A DNA stretch of 64,000 bases from a virus. Taxonomy: Duplodnaviria; Caudoviricetes. Position numbers and translations under genes: made by a program. The stretch spans positions 68,670-132,669 of IMG/VR virus record IMGVR_UViG_3300032030_000020. One strand, given 5' to 3'. Below the pieces are notes generated by a model. It made no database searches, had not been told where the DNA came from, and worked only from the letters and a program-made list of their open reading frames with translations. Below, piece after piece: positions 46,157-55,978 of the stretch. Each line of letters begins with the position of its first letter. Positions within the stretch are counted from its first letter, which is position 1.

Positions 46157-47707
46157 TTAACCGGTATCACCCATTGAGCCGTCTTCGTTGCTCGGCTTTG
46201 GCTGTTTACCGGTTTCAGACTTCTCTGGATCAGATGTTCTTTCTGTCTCATCGAGTTCTGGTCTGCCTGCTTCGTTGTTCTCTGTTGTTTCTGTCTTTGT
46301 TCTATCGACAAGGATTGCATCCGTATCTTCAGCTTCTTCTTTACGCTGTTCGACTTCCTTATCAAGCGAGTATCCGTAGGCGTCCAGTAAGGACTTGGTA
46401 GAGACAACGCCCTTTGTCCACAGCTCTTTGCAAGCTTCGCGTAAAGCTTTTTTGCCGGACATATCAAGGGGTTGGAATCTGAATTCGGGAATCTCTTTTA
46501 GGTTGTAGGTACCAGGAATGACTTCTGTCAATCTTTCGTTGACCCGGTTCATCAGTTCGCAGAACTTTTCTCTTGCGTCGTTGATTCTTGCTTCAGCCGT
46601 CTGCATAGAAATCTGAGCAGAAGCAAAGGTAGATCCGTCCTGAGACACGCCGCTGACGATAATGCCGCTGACACCGCCTGCTGAAAGGATGTCATTGTTG
46701 ACGTCGCGATATTTGTCCCATTGATAAAGATCGTCCACATCGGCCTGTACAAACTTAGACTCCGCAAGATGGTTGGTAACAACCAATGGGAATTTGGACA
46801 TGCCGTTTCTGAAGATGTTTGCCAGTTGTCTTAACTGGTTGGCATCTGGCAGCATATCCTGTCCTTTGGTGGAATCGCCGTACTGGACATGTACAAATCC
46901 ACGGGTAGCCAGATTGAGTGTGGCCTTCTCGTAGTTTGAGATAAGTTCTTTCTTTGCTAAAGGCTCAAGGCAAGCCGCAATAAACGGAATAGAGTATCTG
47001 TTCCAACTCTCCTTGTTGCCCTGCATAACGAAAGTGTTTTCCGGGTTCAGCTGCGCATACTGGGAGCCATTGTTCAAAGCTTCCTTTACTTCGTCAGGAT
47101 AACCTTTAAAATATGATTCTAAATCGTTATCCTTGATCCAGTTTTCGCGTATGGAATAACCCTTGGCCTTCCATTCATTCTGAATGGACTGGCAGTCAAA
47201 ATCCACTAAAGGCATACCGTTCAACGCCATATTGCCGATAACACATTTGTGAATCGGTAGAGTAATTAACTGGCCGTTGAATAAGTAGCATACAACATTG
47301 TAGTATTTCCAGTATTCCAACATAATACCGTTGATCTTCTCTCTCAGCCGCATTCTCTTGTACTGATCTTCGTACAGCTTGACGGTCTTCTCGTTCTTGC
47401 CGATAAGAAGCCAGTCAGAACACGTAGAGAAGGGAACGAATACATGATGGACAATGCCCTTAACAATCGGGTCTTTGTCTGTGTAGTAGTCGGATAACTG
47501 ATAAAGACTGACAATGTTGTTTTGTTTGTCTCTTAAGATTCGGTCGTAGTCATAGCCGGAAAGTTCTCCGCTAAAGGTAATATTGGAGTTGGTGTAGCTT
47601 TGATACGCATCCATGTCATTCTTTGTTGCGCCTACGACATCTATTCGACGAGAGGCTTTCGGTGCCTCTACAGGCTTGGTTCTTCTGAACCTGTCAAAGA
47701 AACCCAA
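46157..47707 (-). CDS. Portal protein
   Basis: 516 aa directly after terminase; C-terminal GRP...KPS tail. Confidence 0.8.
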   Translation of the reverse strand: MGFFDRFRRTKPVEAPKASRRIDVVGATKNDMDAYQSYTNSNITFSGELSGYDYDRILRDKQNNIVSLYQLSDYYTDKDPIVKGIVHHVFVPFSTCSDWLLIGKNEKTVKLYEDQYKRMRLREKINGIMLEYWKYYNVVCYLFNGQLITLPIHKCVIGNMALNGMPLVDFDCQSIQNEWKAKGYSIRENWIKDNDLESYFKGYPDEVKEALNNGSQYAQLNPENTFVMQGNKESWNRYSIPFIAACLEPLAKKELISNYEKATLNLATRGFVHVQYGDSTKGQDMLPDANQLRQLANIFRNGMSKFPLVVTNHLAESKFVQADVDDLYQWDKYRDVNNDILSAGGVSGIIVSGVSQDGSTFASAQISMQTAEARINDAREKFCELMNRVNERLTEVIPGTYNLKEIPEFRFQPLDMSGKKALREACKELWTKGVVSTKSLLDAYGYSLDKEVEQRKEEAEDTDAILVDRTKTETTENNEAGRPELDETERTSDPEKSETGKQPKPSNEDGSMGDTG

Positions 47708-47725
47708 GGCACTCAGCCCCTTTCT

Positions 47726-49372
47726 TTAGAATTTGATTGCAAACCCAAGACTTGGCGCCCCACGTCTGAAACGTTTGACGTTCTCTTTTTCGAGTTCGCT
47801 GATATAGTCGTTCGCCATTGCTAATGACGAGTATCTATCCTTGTGTTGTCCGGCATGCGGAACGTCGTATGTCTTGTTGCCGGAAGAAGAAGTCTTTTCG
47901 ACGATGTTGCCCATCTCAAACTGAAGAGCGTCGGCTTCGAGGAAGATCGCTAATTCTTCTCTGGACATTCTTTGTTCTTCGTTTTCGATTTCCTGTTGCC
48001 TTGCCCGCATTGTTCTCTCCTGAATGGGCATTTCCAACATTCTCTTTTCCAGAGCAACTCTAAGGTTTGTATAGATTCTCTGGTTCAATGTGTTGACCGC
48101 CCTGAAAGGATGCAATACTTGTTTAGCATCAGGATTCATATTGGGTTCATCGTCCACCACCAAAGGCGGGAACTCTCTGCCCGAAGCCGGGTCTAACCAT
48201 TCTCGGTCGAAGAATCTGTCAAAACTGTCTCCGACACCTCGCGCGTCGTAGATAATCTTCTCCGTATTGGGGAATTTGATATGGTAATATCTTCTGACTT
48301 CGTCTGCGAGATAGTCTAACGGTTTACCGTTATAGCTCCGCATATTAACTAACTTTCTGGCATAAGTTCCGTCTTTGCATTCTGTGTATTTGACTACACT
48401 CAATATGCTGTTATCGGAACCTTTCGCTGTGGAAGTAGCAATATCCAAACAAATGACATACTTGGATTTGGAATTCTTTGGCTGTTCCATTTCAATCTTG
48501 TCCAACGTCCTGCACGGAGTAGTCAGATCAAAAGGCAGCGCTGAGTTGGAATTGGCTCCTACAAATTTGGAACCATACTCCATATCGAACGTAGCTTCAG
48601 GCATACGTTCTTTTTCCTTCATAAAGAACTCCATGTCTGTTATTCCGTTTGCGGCCGCAGACCGATAGTCCAAGGCGCAACAGAACACGGACTTGTCTCC
48701 TTTTGCCATGCGAGTTAGATCCTTCATGAAGTTTGTGTAATACTGATTGCTCTTCTCGCAGGCTGAAGTAATAGTAATTGTCTTTGATTGAAAGTCTTTG
48801 AATCCGTAATTGAAGCAAACCTCTCTCGTTGTGTTACGAATAGGAGAGACGACCGCTTCCAAAGTATCCTGATCTACATCGAGAGCTTCGTCGATTATGA
48901 TGATCTTTGCGCGAATACCCCGCGCGCTGTCAATAGAAGCTGAGATCAGTTTGCTGCCGTTCTTTAATGTACAGCTGGAACTGTCTTTAGACACTTGGAC
49001 TAAAGATTTGGAATTGGCTGCAGATATTTCGTTTGCTATATTTGGATTCTGTTCTGCCAGCAGTTTTAATTTGCCTAATGCTAATGTAGCCTGTTTAGCA
49101 GTAGCGGAAACAATCAACACGGTCGTGCCGGGATATAGACAGCACAGCCCAAATCCTCCGAGCGAAGCGAGCCATGTCTTACCGTATCCACGGGAACATG
49201 TATCTTTTGAATCGACACAGTTTCCCATCTGTCTCAGCATGACATGTTGAGTTCTTGTAAGTTTGATGGGCCGAAACGCATCTTCCACAAAAATATCAAG
49301 ATGAGATCTGTAGAACATAACCTGTTCTTCCATAAGATCCCATCTTGTAACAACACCTGGGCGGGCAATCAT
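47726..49372 (-). CDS. terL: Terminase large subunit
   Basis: Walker A SRGYGKT; Walker B IIIIDEA; nuclease LDIA...D; HKDRYSSL. Confidence 0.92.
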   Translation of the reverse strand: MIARPGVVTRWDLMEEQVMFYRSHLDIFVEDAFRPIKLTRTQHVMLRQMGNCVDSKDTCSRGYGKTWLASLGGFGLCCLYPGTTVLIVSATAKQATLALGKLKLLAEQNPNIANEISAANSKSLVQVSKDSSSCTLKNGSKLISASIDSARGIRAKIIIIDEALDVDQDTLEAVVSPIRNTTREVCFNYGFKDFQSKTITITSACEKSNQYYTNFMKDLTRMAKGDKSVFCCALDYRSAAANGITDMEFFMKEKERMPEATFDMEYGSKFVGANSNSALPFDLTTPCRTLDKIEMEQPKNSKSKYVICLDIATSTAKGSDNSILSVVKYTECKDGTYARKLVNMRSYNGKPLDYLADEVRRYYHIKFPNTEKIIYDARGVGDSFDRFFDREWLDPASGREFPPLVVDDEPNMNPDAKQVLHPFRAVNTLNQRIYTNLRVALEKRMLEMPIQERTMRARQQEIENEEQRMSREELAIFLEADALQFEMGNIVEKTSSSGNKTYDVPHAGQHKDRYSSLAMANDYISELEKENVKRFRRGAPSLGFAIKF

Positions 49373-49376
49373 ACGA

Positions 49377-50276
49377 TCACGCTCCGTTCAGGTCGAGAGC
49401 TTCCACAATGTATCGGAACTCTTCTATTGTTTTATCTACGTCGTCTTTCGGCCATTCAATTTTACGAGTCATCGTATAGCCGTTGGACTCCAAGAAGAAT
49501 GAAGTTTCCGACCAGCTGCTGAGTCCGCCTTTATCTCCCGGCTTCCGTTTTGAAGCGGAGAAGTTGCCGGACTTTGAAAGTAAATCGAACAAGGTAACAG
49601 CGTCCTTAACATCCTGTAAGGTTGCCTGACCTGCCATATACCTGTCCTGCACTCTGTCTGCCTGAAGAGACGCCTTTGCTAATTTCTTGGCCGTGTCTCT
49701 AAGGTTGACATCGCTTAGTTCGAAATCGTTCTCCAGTTGACGGTAATATTCTTCCAGATACTTTAATTCGTCCGCTTTGAAGTAGCCGTTGAATTCTTCC
49801 GAATACTTTTTAATGTTCGGATCTTCTTCTTCTGTTTCGGATAATACCTGTCCGGCTTCTTTGGCTTCTTCGTAAGTCTGAACGTTGATGTCTTGAGAAT
49901 GATCTACAAACTTATAGTTTAATTGCATTCCCTTGATAACGTTCTGACAGGTTAACCGATCCAGAATATTCTTCTTTGTTTCTTCGAAAGCTCGTTGATA
50001 AGTTTTGTTTTTGTTGGCTGCAAGTTCTGCCTTTTTACGTGCGCTGCCCCAAAGTTTCTCGCTCCACTCCCGGTTGTTCTCCCAGAAGTATTCTCGCAGC
50101 TCGTCCTTTGTAGCACACTTGGAAACGCAGTCTTTGCACCAAACATCTTTCCCTAACTGTTCTGTCCAGTCACGGTTCGAATAATAGGCATTCAAGAGTT
50201 TCGTCTGCTTGCATTTACTGCAGATCTTTGTAACAGGTGGGGCCGCGTTTCTAATTTTTGCAGGATTTGCAGACAT
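49377..50276 (-). CDS. Putative terminase small subunit with N-terminal zinc finger
   Basis: CSKC...WCKDC; immediately upstream of terL. Confidence 0.6.
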   Translation of the reverse strand: MSANPAKIRNAAPPVTKICSKCKQTKLLNAYYSNRDWTEQLGKDVWCKDCVSKCATKDELREYFWENNREWSEKLWGSARKKAELAANKNKTYQRAFEETKKNILDRLTCQNVIKGMQLNYKFVDHSQDINVQTYEEAKEAGQVLSETEEEDPNIKKYSEEFNGYFKADELKYLEEYYRQLENDFELSDVNLRDTAKKLAKASLQADRVQDRYMAGQATLQDVKDAVTLFDLLSKSGNFSASKRKPGDKGGLSSWSETSFFLESNGYTMTRKIEWPKDDVDKTIEEFRYIVEALDLNGA

Positions 50277-50629
50277 TAGATTGTGTCGTCCTGCTCTTCG
50301 ATCTGCTTTGCAGCTTTTTCCAGAATCTCTTGTGCCTTTTTAATTTCGCCTGCAGAAAGAACACTTTCTTTTGTCTCGGCCGGTTTCTTCGCCTTTGCGA
50401 CACTTCTTTCCGCTTCGATTGTTGCGTAGAACTCTACAAGAGCAGCAAACAGCTGGGGCGTCTTCTTGTACTTATACTGGGATACCCCGTAGTCTTCTGT
50501 CTTTTTTACAAATGTGTATTTGATTCCCCGTTCTGTAAGGAACCGGACTTCCCGAAGGAACTCCGTCATGTACTCAGAATCAAAAGCGTTTTTGGGTAAA
50601 GGTTTACGTTCGGTCCTTTCGTTATCCAT
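50276..50629 (-). CDS. Hypothetical protein, first gene of the late operon
   Basis: 117-aa ORF with GAAGGAG RBS downstream of the late promoter motif. Confidence 0.7.
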   Translation of the reverse strand: MDNERTERKPLPKNAFDSEYMTEFLREVRFLTERGIKYTFVKKTEDYGVSQYKYKKTPQLFAALVEFYATIEAERSVAKAKKPAETKESVLSAGEIKKAQEILEKAAKQIEEQDDTI

Positions 50630-50706
50630 AAAAAATCACTCCTTCAAAATACGAACATTAATCGGAATTTTTTAAAAAATGTTCGGTAAAAAATTTTTGG
50701 GGGTTC

Positions 50707-50732
50707 TTTCCCCTTACGTGTATTTTCGAATG
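50707..50732 (-). promoter_or_regulatory. Candidate phage late promoter heading the morphogenesis operon
   Basis: Minus strand CATTCGAAAATACACGTAAGGGGAAA. Confidence 0.7.
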
Positions 50733-51059
50733 TCCACTTTATTTTTTGGCGGTTTTTCGGCCTGTTATTTAAGTTTCATTAAGAATCAGCCTAGAGAGAT
50801 TTGACGAATGAAGCAAAGCGGTTTGAGTTTCATTAACGATGGAAACAGAGAATGCAGGAAATAGAAGGGGTTGGGGAGATTGGAGAGGGGAGAGAGGGGA
50901 AACGGGGATAGGAGTTGGAAGAGAATATATATGACCTTTATGGGAGTTTGCGCAACTTTTCGACGTAAACTCCCCTTTTTTTATTTTCATGCGCTCAGCA
51001 GTGAGCTGGTCATGCCCCGAGCCGGAGACACCGGACGGTAGCCAAAGGAGGTGTAAAGC

Positions 51060-51371
51060 ATGACTTATATCGATTTTCTGCAGGCTTGCCCGCAGATGAC
51101 AGAACAGGATGCGCGTGACGCCGTGCGGTTCCTGCAGTGGCTCAATCAGCCCAAAAAGGTCACCCGGAGAACTGTACGAGTGAACTTGATCACCAAGGAG
51201 GAATGGGAACACACCCCCATCGACCTCCTTGATGGTCGAGTAATATCTGCCATTAAGGCAGAGCTGGCCCGGCAGAACCGGGAAGTTTATTGGAGTGTCA
51301 TCTCCGATAAACCGCTGGCAAGGGCCAGCGACGCCGTGGATCTTTCCAAGGCGTATCAGGTCATCATCTGA
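51060..51371 (+). CDS. Early hypothetical protein
   Basis: AAGGAGGTG RBS; 103 aa. Confidence 0.75.
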   Translation: MTYIDFLQACPQMTEQDARDAVRFLQWLNQPKKVTRRTVRVNLITKEEWEHTPIDLLDGRVISAIKAELARQNREVYWSVISDKPLARASDAVDLSKAYQVII

Positions 51372-51486
51372 TGGCCTGATTTTTTTATTTTTATGCGGAC
51401 TATCCCGCTCAGTAGTCCGTTACAAAATTATATGAGCAGTTGCGGTTTGATCAGCCGCAACACAGCGCGAAGGAGGCGCAAAAACA

Positions 51487-51690
51487 ATGTTCGAAAAGCT
51501 GAATGACTTTATCCCCGGCACGCACAACTTTGAGTTCACCATTGAGACTTCTGTTGGAAACTATATTGGCTACACGCGGTGCCTCAGCGATGCGTTTGTT
51601 GAAGCCGAATCCCTTGCGGCTTTAATGATCTATCCCCACATTGAAATTAAGTATCTCAACGGGGATTTGATCAAGGCATACGATCTGTAA
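51487..51690 (+). CDS. Early hypothetical protein
   Basis: AAGGAGG RBS; 67 aa. Confidence 0.75.
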   Translation: MFEKLNDFIPGTHNFEFTIETSVGNYIGYTRCLSDAFVEAESLAALMIYPHIEIKYLNGDLIKAYDL

Positions 51691-51754
51691 TCTTTCTGAG
51701 CCCTTCGGGGCTCTTTTTTTATTTTAACGAACGCCGAGAAAGGAGGTGCGAATC

Positions 51755-51865
51755 ATGGACCGAGAGGCCATTGAGCTTGACGTTGCTCTGGAGAGCTACG
51801 TCGATGCATGGTTTGACTTCTCCGGTATCGAGCCGGAGGAAAAGAACCACAAGGAGACCGACTAA
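51755..51865 (+). CDS. Early acidic micro-protein (36 aa, MDREAIELDVALESYVDAWFDF...)
   Basis: AGAAAGGAGGTG RBS; bounded by cassette motifs; missed by the ORF track. Confidence 0.65.
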   Translation: MDREAIELDVALESYVDAWFDFSGIEPEEKNHKETD

Positions 51866-51905
51866 GGTCTCCTTTTTTTATTTCAATGCACCAGAAAGGA
51901 GGTGT

Positions 51906-51998
51906 ATGAAGATGGCTGTGTTAATCATAGCTATCGTTCTGGTAGTAACCGGCCTGCCGGAGCTAATCCGCTACTACGCGGATTATTACAGACGGTGA
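51906..51998 (+). CDS. Early small membrane peptide (30 aa)
   Basis: AGAAAGGAGGTG RBS; hydrophobic MAVLIIAIVLVVTGL. Confidence 0.65.
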   Translation: MKMAVLIIAIVLVVTGLPELIRYYADYYRR

Positions 51999-52188
51999 AC
52001 AAAAGGCTCCTGTCCCTACCGAGTTCCTTGTATACTCGCTGGGGCGGTTGAGCCTTTTTTATTTTAACGGCCTGAGAAGGTGGCTAAAATCCTAGCCTTG
52101 AACATGGGTTGGCTCAGACGCTGAATAGCAAGCGTCCGTGTGGTTGCTACCAAGACCACGTATCAAACATAATAGGAGGAATCCCAAA

Positions 52189-52515
52189 ATGAAGAAAGCA
52201 ATCGAAACCAAAAACCTGGCCTGCGCCATCTACCCGTTCGAAGTATTTCGCAAAATTTCAGATCTTGCATACTGGGGCGAGGATTTGGACCACATCACCG
52301 CAATCGACGGCGAGCTGGCGGAAAAAGTTGCCGCCAAGGACAATGTCCAGATTTCTGGATCATTGACCTCCGGTGTACTCTACATATTCCACTGGAACAA
52401 AGCAGGAACCAAGCTGGTTCCACTTCATGTGTCAATGAAGCCGAAGACGGCTGCAAACATAGAAAATGGAAGTCGTCGCTATGGCAGCGGCGCCATTCTG
52501 AACGAATTGTTCTAA
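52189..52515 (+). CDS. Early hypothetical protein
   Basis: AGGAGG RBS before ATG 52189. Confidence 0.75.
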   Translation: MKKAIETKNLACAIYPFEVFRKISDLAYWGEDLDHITAIDGELAEKVAAKDNVQISGSLTSGVLYIFHWNKAGTKLVPLHVSMKPKTAANIENGSRRYGSGAILNELF

Positions 52516-52668
52516 TCCACAACTAGGAGCTCCAGAAATGGAGCTCTTTTTTTATTTTAACGGCGGCTCGGATAGACGAGCATATTAACCCTGCAACTGG
52601 GTAATAATAGGTTGCCACCGTCCTGCATCTGGTACCGCAGGATACGGTTGAATAAGAAAGGAGGTACC

Positions 52669-52923
52669 ATGAAAAAGTCTTATGAAAGTTTCCGCCACAG
52701 CTTCAGCTTTGAGGAGGCACTGGCCCATACGTCCTGCGCTTCCGTGGGCGCTATGATGGAGACGTATGATGTCTCCGTCAGCGCCCCCTGGGCTGAGGCC
52801 GTGCTGGTCACCCTGACGCCCCGGGAGGGCGTCACTGAGGACGACCCCGTCCTTGGAGCTGGTTGGGATACCGTCGAGGAGGAATTCCTCGGTTGTGTAG
52901 CCGAGGTCAACGCTGAGCGCTGA
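52669..52923 (+). CDS. Early acidic hypothetical protein
   Basis: AAAGGAGGT RBS before ATG 52669. Confidence 0.7.
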   Translation: MKKSYESFRHSFSFEEALAHTSCASVGAMMETYDVSVSAPWAEAVLVTLTPREGVTEDDPVLGAGWDTVEEEFLGCVAEVNAER

Positions 52924-53021
52924 TCCGGCACGTCTTTGGAGCAAGACGTTAAACATGCTCCTTTTTTTATTTTTACGCGGACTATTGGTCATAGTTCGAC
53001 AAAAAAGAAGGAGGTGTTCCT

Positions 53022-53378
53022 ATGAACATCACGACCATCGTTATCCTGCTGGCGCTGTTGGAGGAGCTGCCGGAGCTCCCCGAGCACGCGCGTGCTAATC
53101 GTCGTGCCAACCGGGAAAAAGCCATCCGTCACAATCGTAAAACATACCACAATCTCGTAGGAAACGGGATTTGGTATGAAAACCAGGACGAAAATGGTGA
53201 TTTTGTTGCATATCACCGCAGCAAGGTTACCAATAAGTACCAGAAGGGACGTTGGGAAACTGAACGCCTTTCTGGACACAGAAGATTTCAGAAGTGGAGT
53301 CGGGATTACTATCCCAGCTTCACAGACGAAAAAGCCACACGGCGCTGGAATGAAGAACTGAAAGAGTTCTTCGATTAA
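53022..53378 (+). CDS. Early basic hypothetical protein
   Basis: AAGGAGGTG RBS; 118 aa. Confidence 0.75.
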   Translation: MNITTIVILLALLEELPELPEHARANRRANREKAIRHNRKTYHNLVGNGIWYENQDENGDFVAYHRSKVTNKYQKGRWETERLSGHRRFQKWSRDYYPSFTDEKATRRWNEELKEFFD

Positions 53379-53473
53379 TCAATTAAAGGAGAGTTTGCTG
53401 GCTCTCCTTTTTTTATTTTTTACGGCAGCGGAAGCTGACCAAATAACCCGCATAGCGGGAACGGAGGTGCCAT

Positions 53474-53698
53474 ATGTCTAAGATTAACTCTTACACTGTA
53501 TTCAGCAGCGAACACGGCGTCACCACCATTGCGGAAATTACCGAATACTTCCGCAACGGAGACATCGTCACGGTAGAAGAATACCATTTCTGCCGCAACA
53601 ACGTTGAGTTCGGCTGGGCTCGTGTCCAGTCCGATGATCAGCACCGCCGCGTTGTCGGCGACAAGGAGCTGCTGGAGCGGTTCCAACTGATCGCGTAA
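53474..53698 (+). CDS. Early hypothetical protein
   Basis: GGAGGTG RBS; 74 aa. Confidence 0.75.
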   Translation: MSKINSYTVFSSEHGVTTIAEITEYFRNGDIVTVEEYHFCRNNVEFGWARVQSDDQHRRVVGDKELLERFQLIA

Positions 53699-53791
53699 CC
53701 CTTTTTGAAACCGGCGAGCGTGGCTTGACCATGCGACGACCCGGTTTCTTTTTTTATTTTTTATGACCACAAAAAGAAAGGATGTGATTGT

Positions 53792-54283
53792 ATGTGGGTG
53801 GAACCCATGGTTATTCAAAGGGCAAGAGTCGACTCCTTAGCAACAAAATTGACTCGTCCGCACGACTTCTACGTCAACTGCGGCGGCCACGCCTTTGGTG
53901 TGGATGGCTGGTATATACCGGCCGATAAGGAGGATCTGTTTCAAGACTTCTACACAGCCCGCAACAACAAAGGCGGCTGGAGAAGTCTTGAAAGAAAGTT
54001 CGTAAAGAACATCCTTCGCGACTTTCCGGGGCTCAAATTGCTGAAAAAAGAAAGTGTTGACAACGTGTCTGTCGATCTGGACAGATACGAAATCATCGCC
54101 TTTCGTATCCGGCGAACCGCCGTTTTCGCAGATTATCATTTTATGAGATGCGAAAAGAATGGAGATTGGACGGAAAAGCGAGGATCGAGAAGAGACATAT
54201 TCCGTTATAACTACGAAGACATCTACGATGTCTGGGGAGAGTATGACGGTAAATTATACTTCTTCGTAAGGGAGCGTCGTTAA
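53792..54283 (+). CDS. Early protein with possible papain-like catalytic motifs
   Basis: NCGGHAF...DYHFMR...WTEKRG. Confidence 0.6.
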   Translation: MWVEPMVIQRARVDSLATKLTRPHDFYVNCGGHAFGVDGWYIPADKEDLFQDFYTARNNKGGWRSLERKFVKNILRDFPGLKLLKKESVDNVSVDLDRYEIIAFRIRRTAVFADYHFMRCEKNGDWTEKRGSRRDIFRYNYEDIYDVWGEYDGKLYFFVRERR

Positions 54284-54429
54284 CGGCGTTCCCTTTTTGT
54301 TTTTTATGGCAGCCGGAAAGTACGGCCGGGTTGCTGGTGGACGCTAAGCATCAGCCGGGGTAAGGCACGGAAGCCTGTATTACGTCCTGCTTGTAATCTC
54401 CATATGCAAGCAGAGAAGGAGGTACATTT

Positions 54430-54657
54430 ATGGAGAAGTACACCATTATCGTCGACGGAAAAGAAACCGAAGTTGTCCTGATCGGGCGCGAACTCGATTG
54501 CAATCAGAGAGACCTTGAAGAATACCTGACGGGTTACCGGGGATCTTTCTTCGACGAGGTCTGGATGGACCCCATCACCAAAAAGTGCTACACCGAAGGA
54601 TACCTGCGCGGTTGGCACGAGTACGACGGCAAATACGCCGTTCAGTACGTTCGCTAA
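54430..54657 (+). CDS. Early hypothetical protein
   Basis: AAGGAGGT RBS; 75 aa. Confidence 0.75.
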   Translation: MEKYTIIVDGKETEVVLIGRELDCNQRDLEEYLTGYRGSFFDEVWMDPITKKCYTEGYLRGWHEYDGKYAVQYVR

Positions 54658-54748
54658 CCAAAGAGCCAGTCTTATGACTGGCTCCTTTTTTATTTTCTTG
54701 ACGGCATAAGCCGATCAATCGTCCACGAGACGTTAAAGGAGGATTCTT

Positions 54749-54997
54749 ATGAGTATCGAGATCACCATGGAAAACGTATTCGACCTGTTTATGGAACACG
54801 ACTTCCCTTGGTTTGAATTCTTGAACGACATGGAAGAGCCAAAAGCTTTGCTAACGATCAGCAGCGTTTCGAAAACAATCGTAACTACGATATTAATCGT
54901 AGACTCTGCCGACATCAGCAACAACGCATATACTTTCTGCTTGGAAACTAGAGAATATATGAAAGCAGGAGAACTGAAAACAGTAGATATACCGTAA
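54749..54997 (+). CDS. Early hypothetical protein
   Basis: AAAGGAGG RBS; 82 aa. Confidence 0.7.
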   Translation: MSIEITMENVFDLFMEHDFPWFEFLNDMEEPKALLTISSVSKTIVTTILIVDSADISNNAYTFCLETREYMKAGELKTVDIP

Positions 54998-55096
54998 GCA
55001 TTTCAAACTGGAGCAAAAGCTCCAGTTTTTTATTTTTTATGGCGACTGTGCCGAAAGGCTAAATTCAACAGTCGTCAAAGAAAGGAGATATGAGCT

Positions 55097-55423
55097 ATGA
55101 CTAAGGAAATGACGAACAAACTAACAAAAAACTCGAAGTACCTTGAGGTAGAAGATTTTAGTTATGACATCTTTACTGTATCAATCTTCTATTTCTGCGG
55201 AATGTTTTGTATTGACGTGTTTGGCGGTCGGGACGACGAAGAAGTGTATTTCTTCGGCACTGGATTTGACAAAGACCACTTCTACGGAGGATTTGAAACG
55301 GCCATAAAAGTCGCCCTCGAAGACATCCGCAAAAGTAATGCAGAGATCAAAATCAAAAAGATTGCAGAATCTGCTTTAGCCAGAGCCTGTGTTGAATTTC
55401 ATCTGAAACATCACTCAAAATGA
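55097..55423 (+). CDS. Early hypothetical protein
   Basis: AAAGGAG RBS; 108 aa. Confidence 0.7.
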   Translation: MTKEMTNKLTKNSKYLEVEDFSYDIFTVSIFYFCGMFCIDVFGGRDDEEVYFFGTGFDKDHFYGGFETAIKVALEDIRKSNAEIKIKKIAESALARACVEFHLKHHSK

Positions 55424-55495
55424 AACCTAAAACGACCAAAACTCGGCCACATCAAACAGGTGTGGCAGAAAATGTAAAAGGAGAGTGAAACAAAA

Positions 55496-55783
55496 ATGAC
55501 TCGTTGGTGGAACGCAGACGACCAGCTCGAACAGAACTTGCTTGACTGGTTCGGCAACGAAAATCTTAGTAGCTGGCTGACTAGATGCTACGAGATCTTT
55601 GTAGGATCGCAGGATGTAAAAGAAGTGACATTCTGCTTGAAAAATGGCGAATGCAGCTGGAATATTCATTATTCTGATCATTGGTGTTTCCCGGCCGGTT
55701 CCCATAGCTGCAGATCGGCATACGATATTCTAATCGGCTTCAAATCCATAATGGAAGATCCAAAGAAATACAGGCAATGGTGA
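55496..55783 (+). CDS. Early hypothetical protein
   Basis: AAAGGAG RBS; 95 aa. Confidence 0.7.
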   Translation: MTRWWNADDQLEQNLLDWFGNENLSSWLTRCYEIFVGSQDVKEVTFCLKNGECSWNIHYSDHWCFPAGSHSCRSAYDILIGFKSIMEDPKKYRQW

Positions 55784-55978
55784 ATCACCAAAAAGGAGAG
55801 TCTTTATGGCTCTTCTTTTTTTATTTTCACGGAACGGCTACCCGGCCGTCTCTTGGCAAACATCCTGCGGTTGACCACGCAGGTAGGGTGTGGTGTTGGT
55901 CATCCGTCGCGCTCACGAAACGAGCGGCATGCTAGTCCGGCATGACAACCTACAACAAGACTGAAAGGAGACACGACA

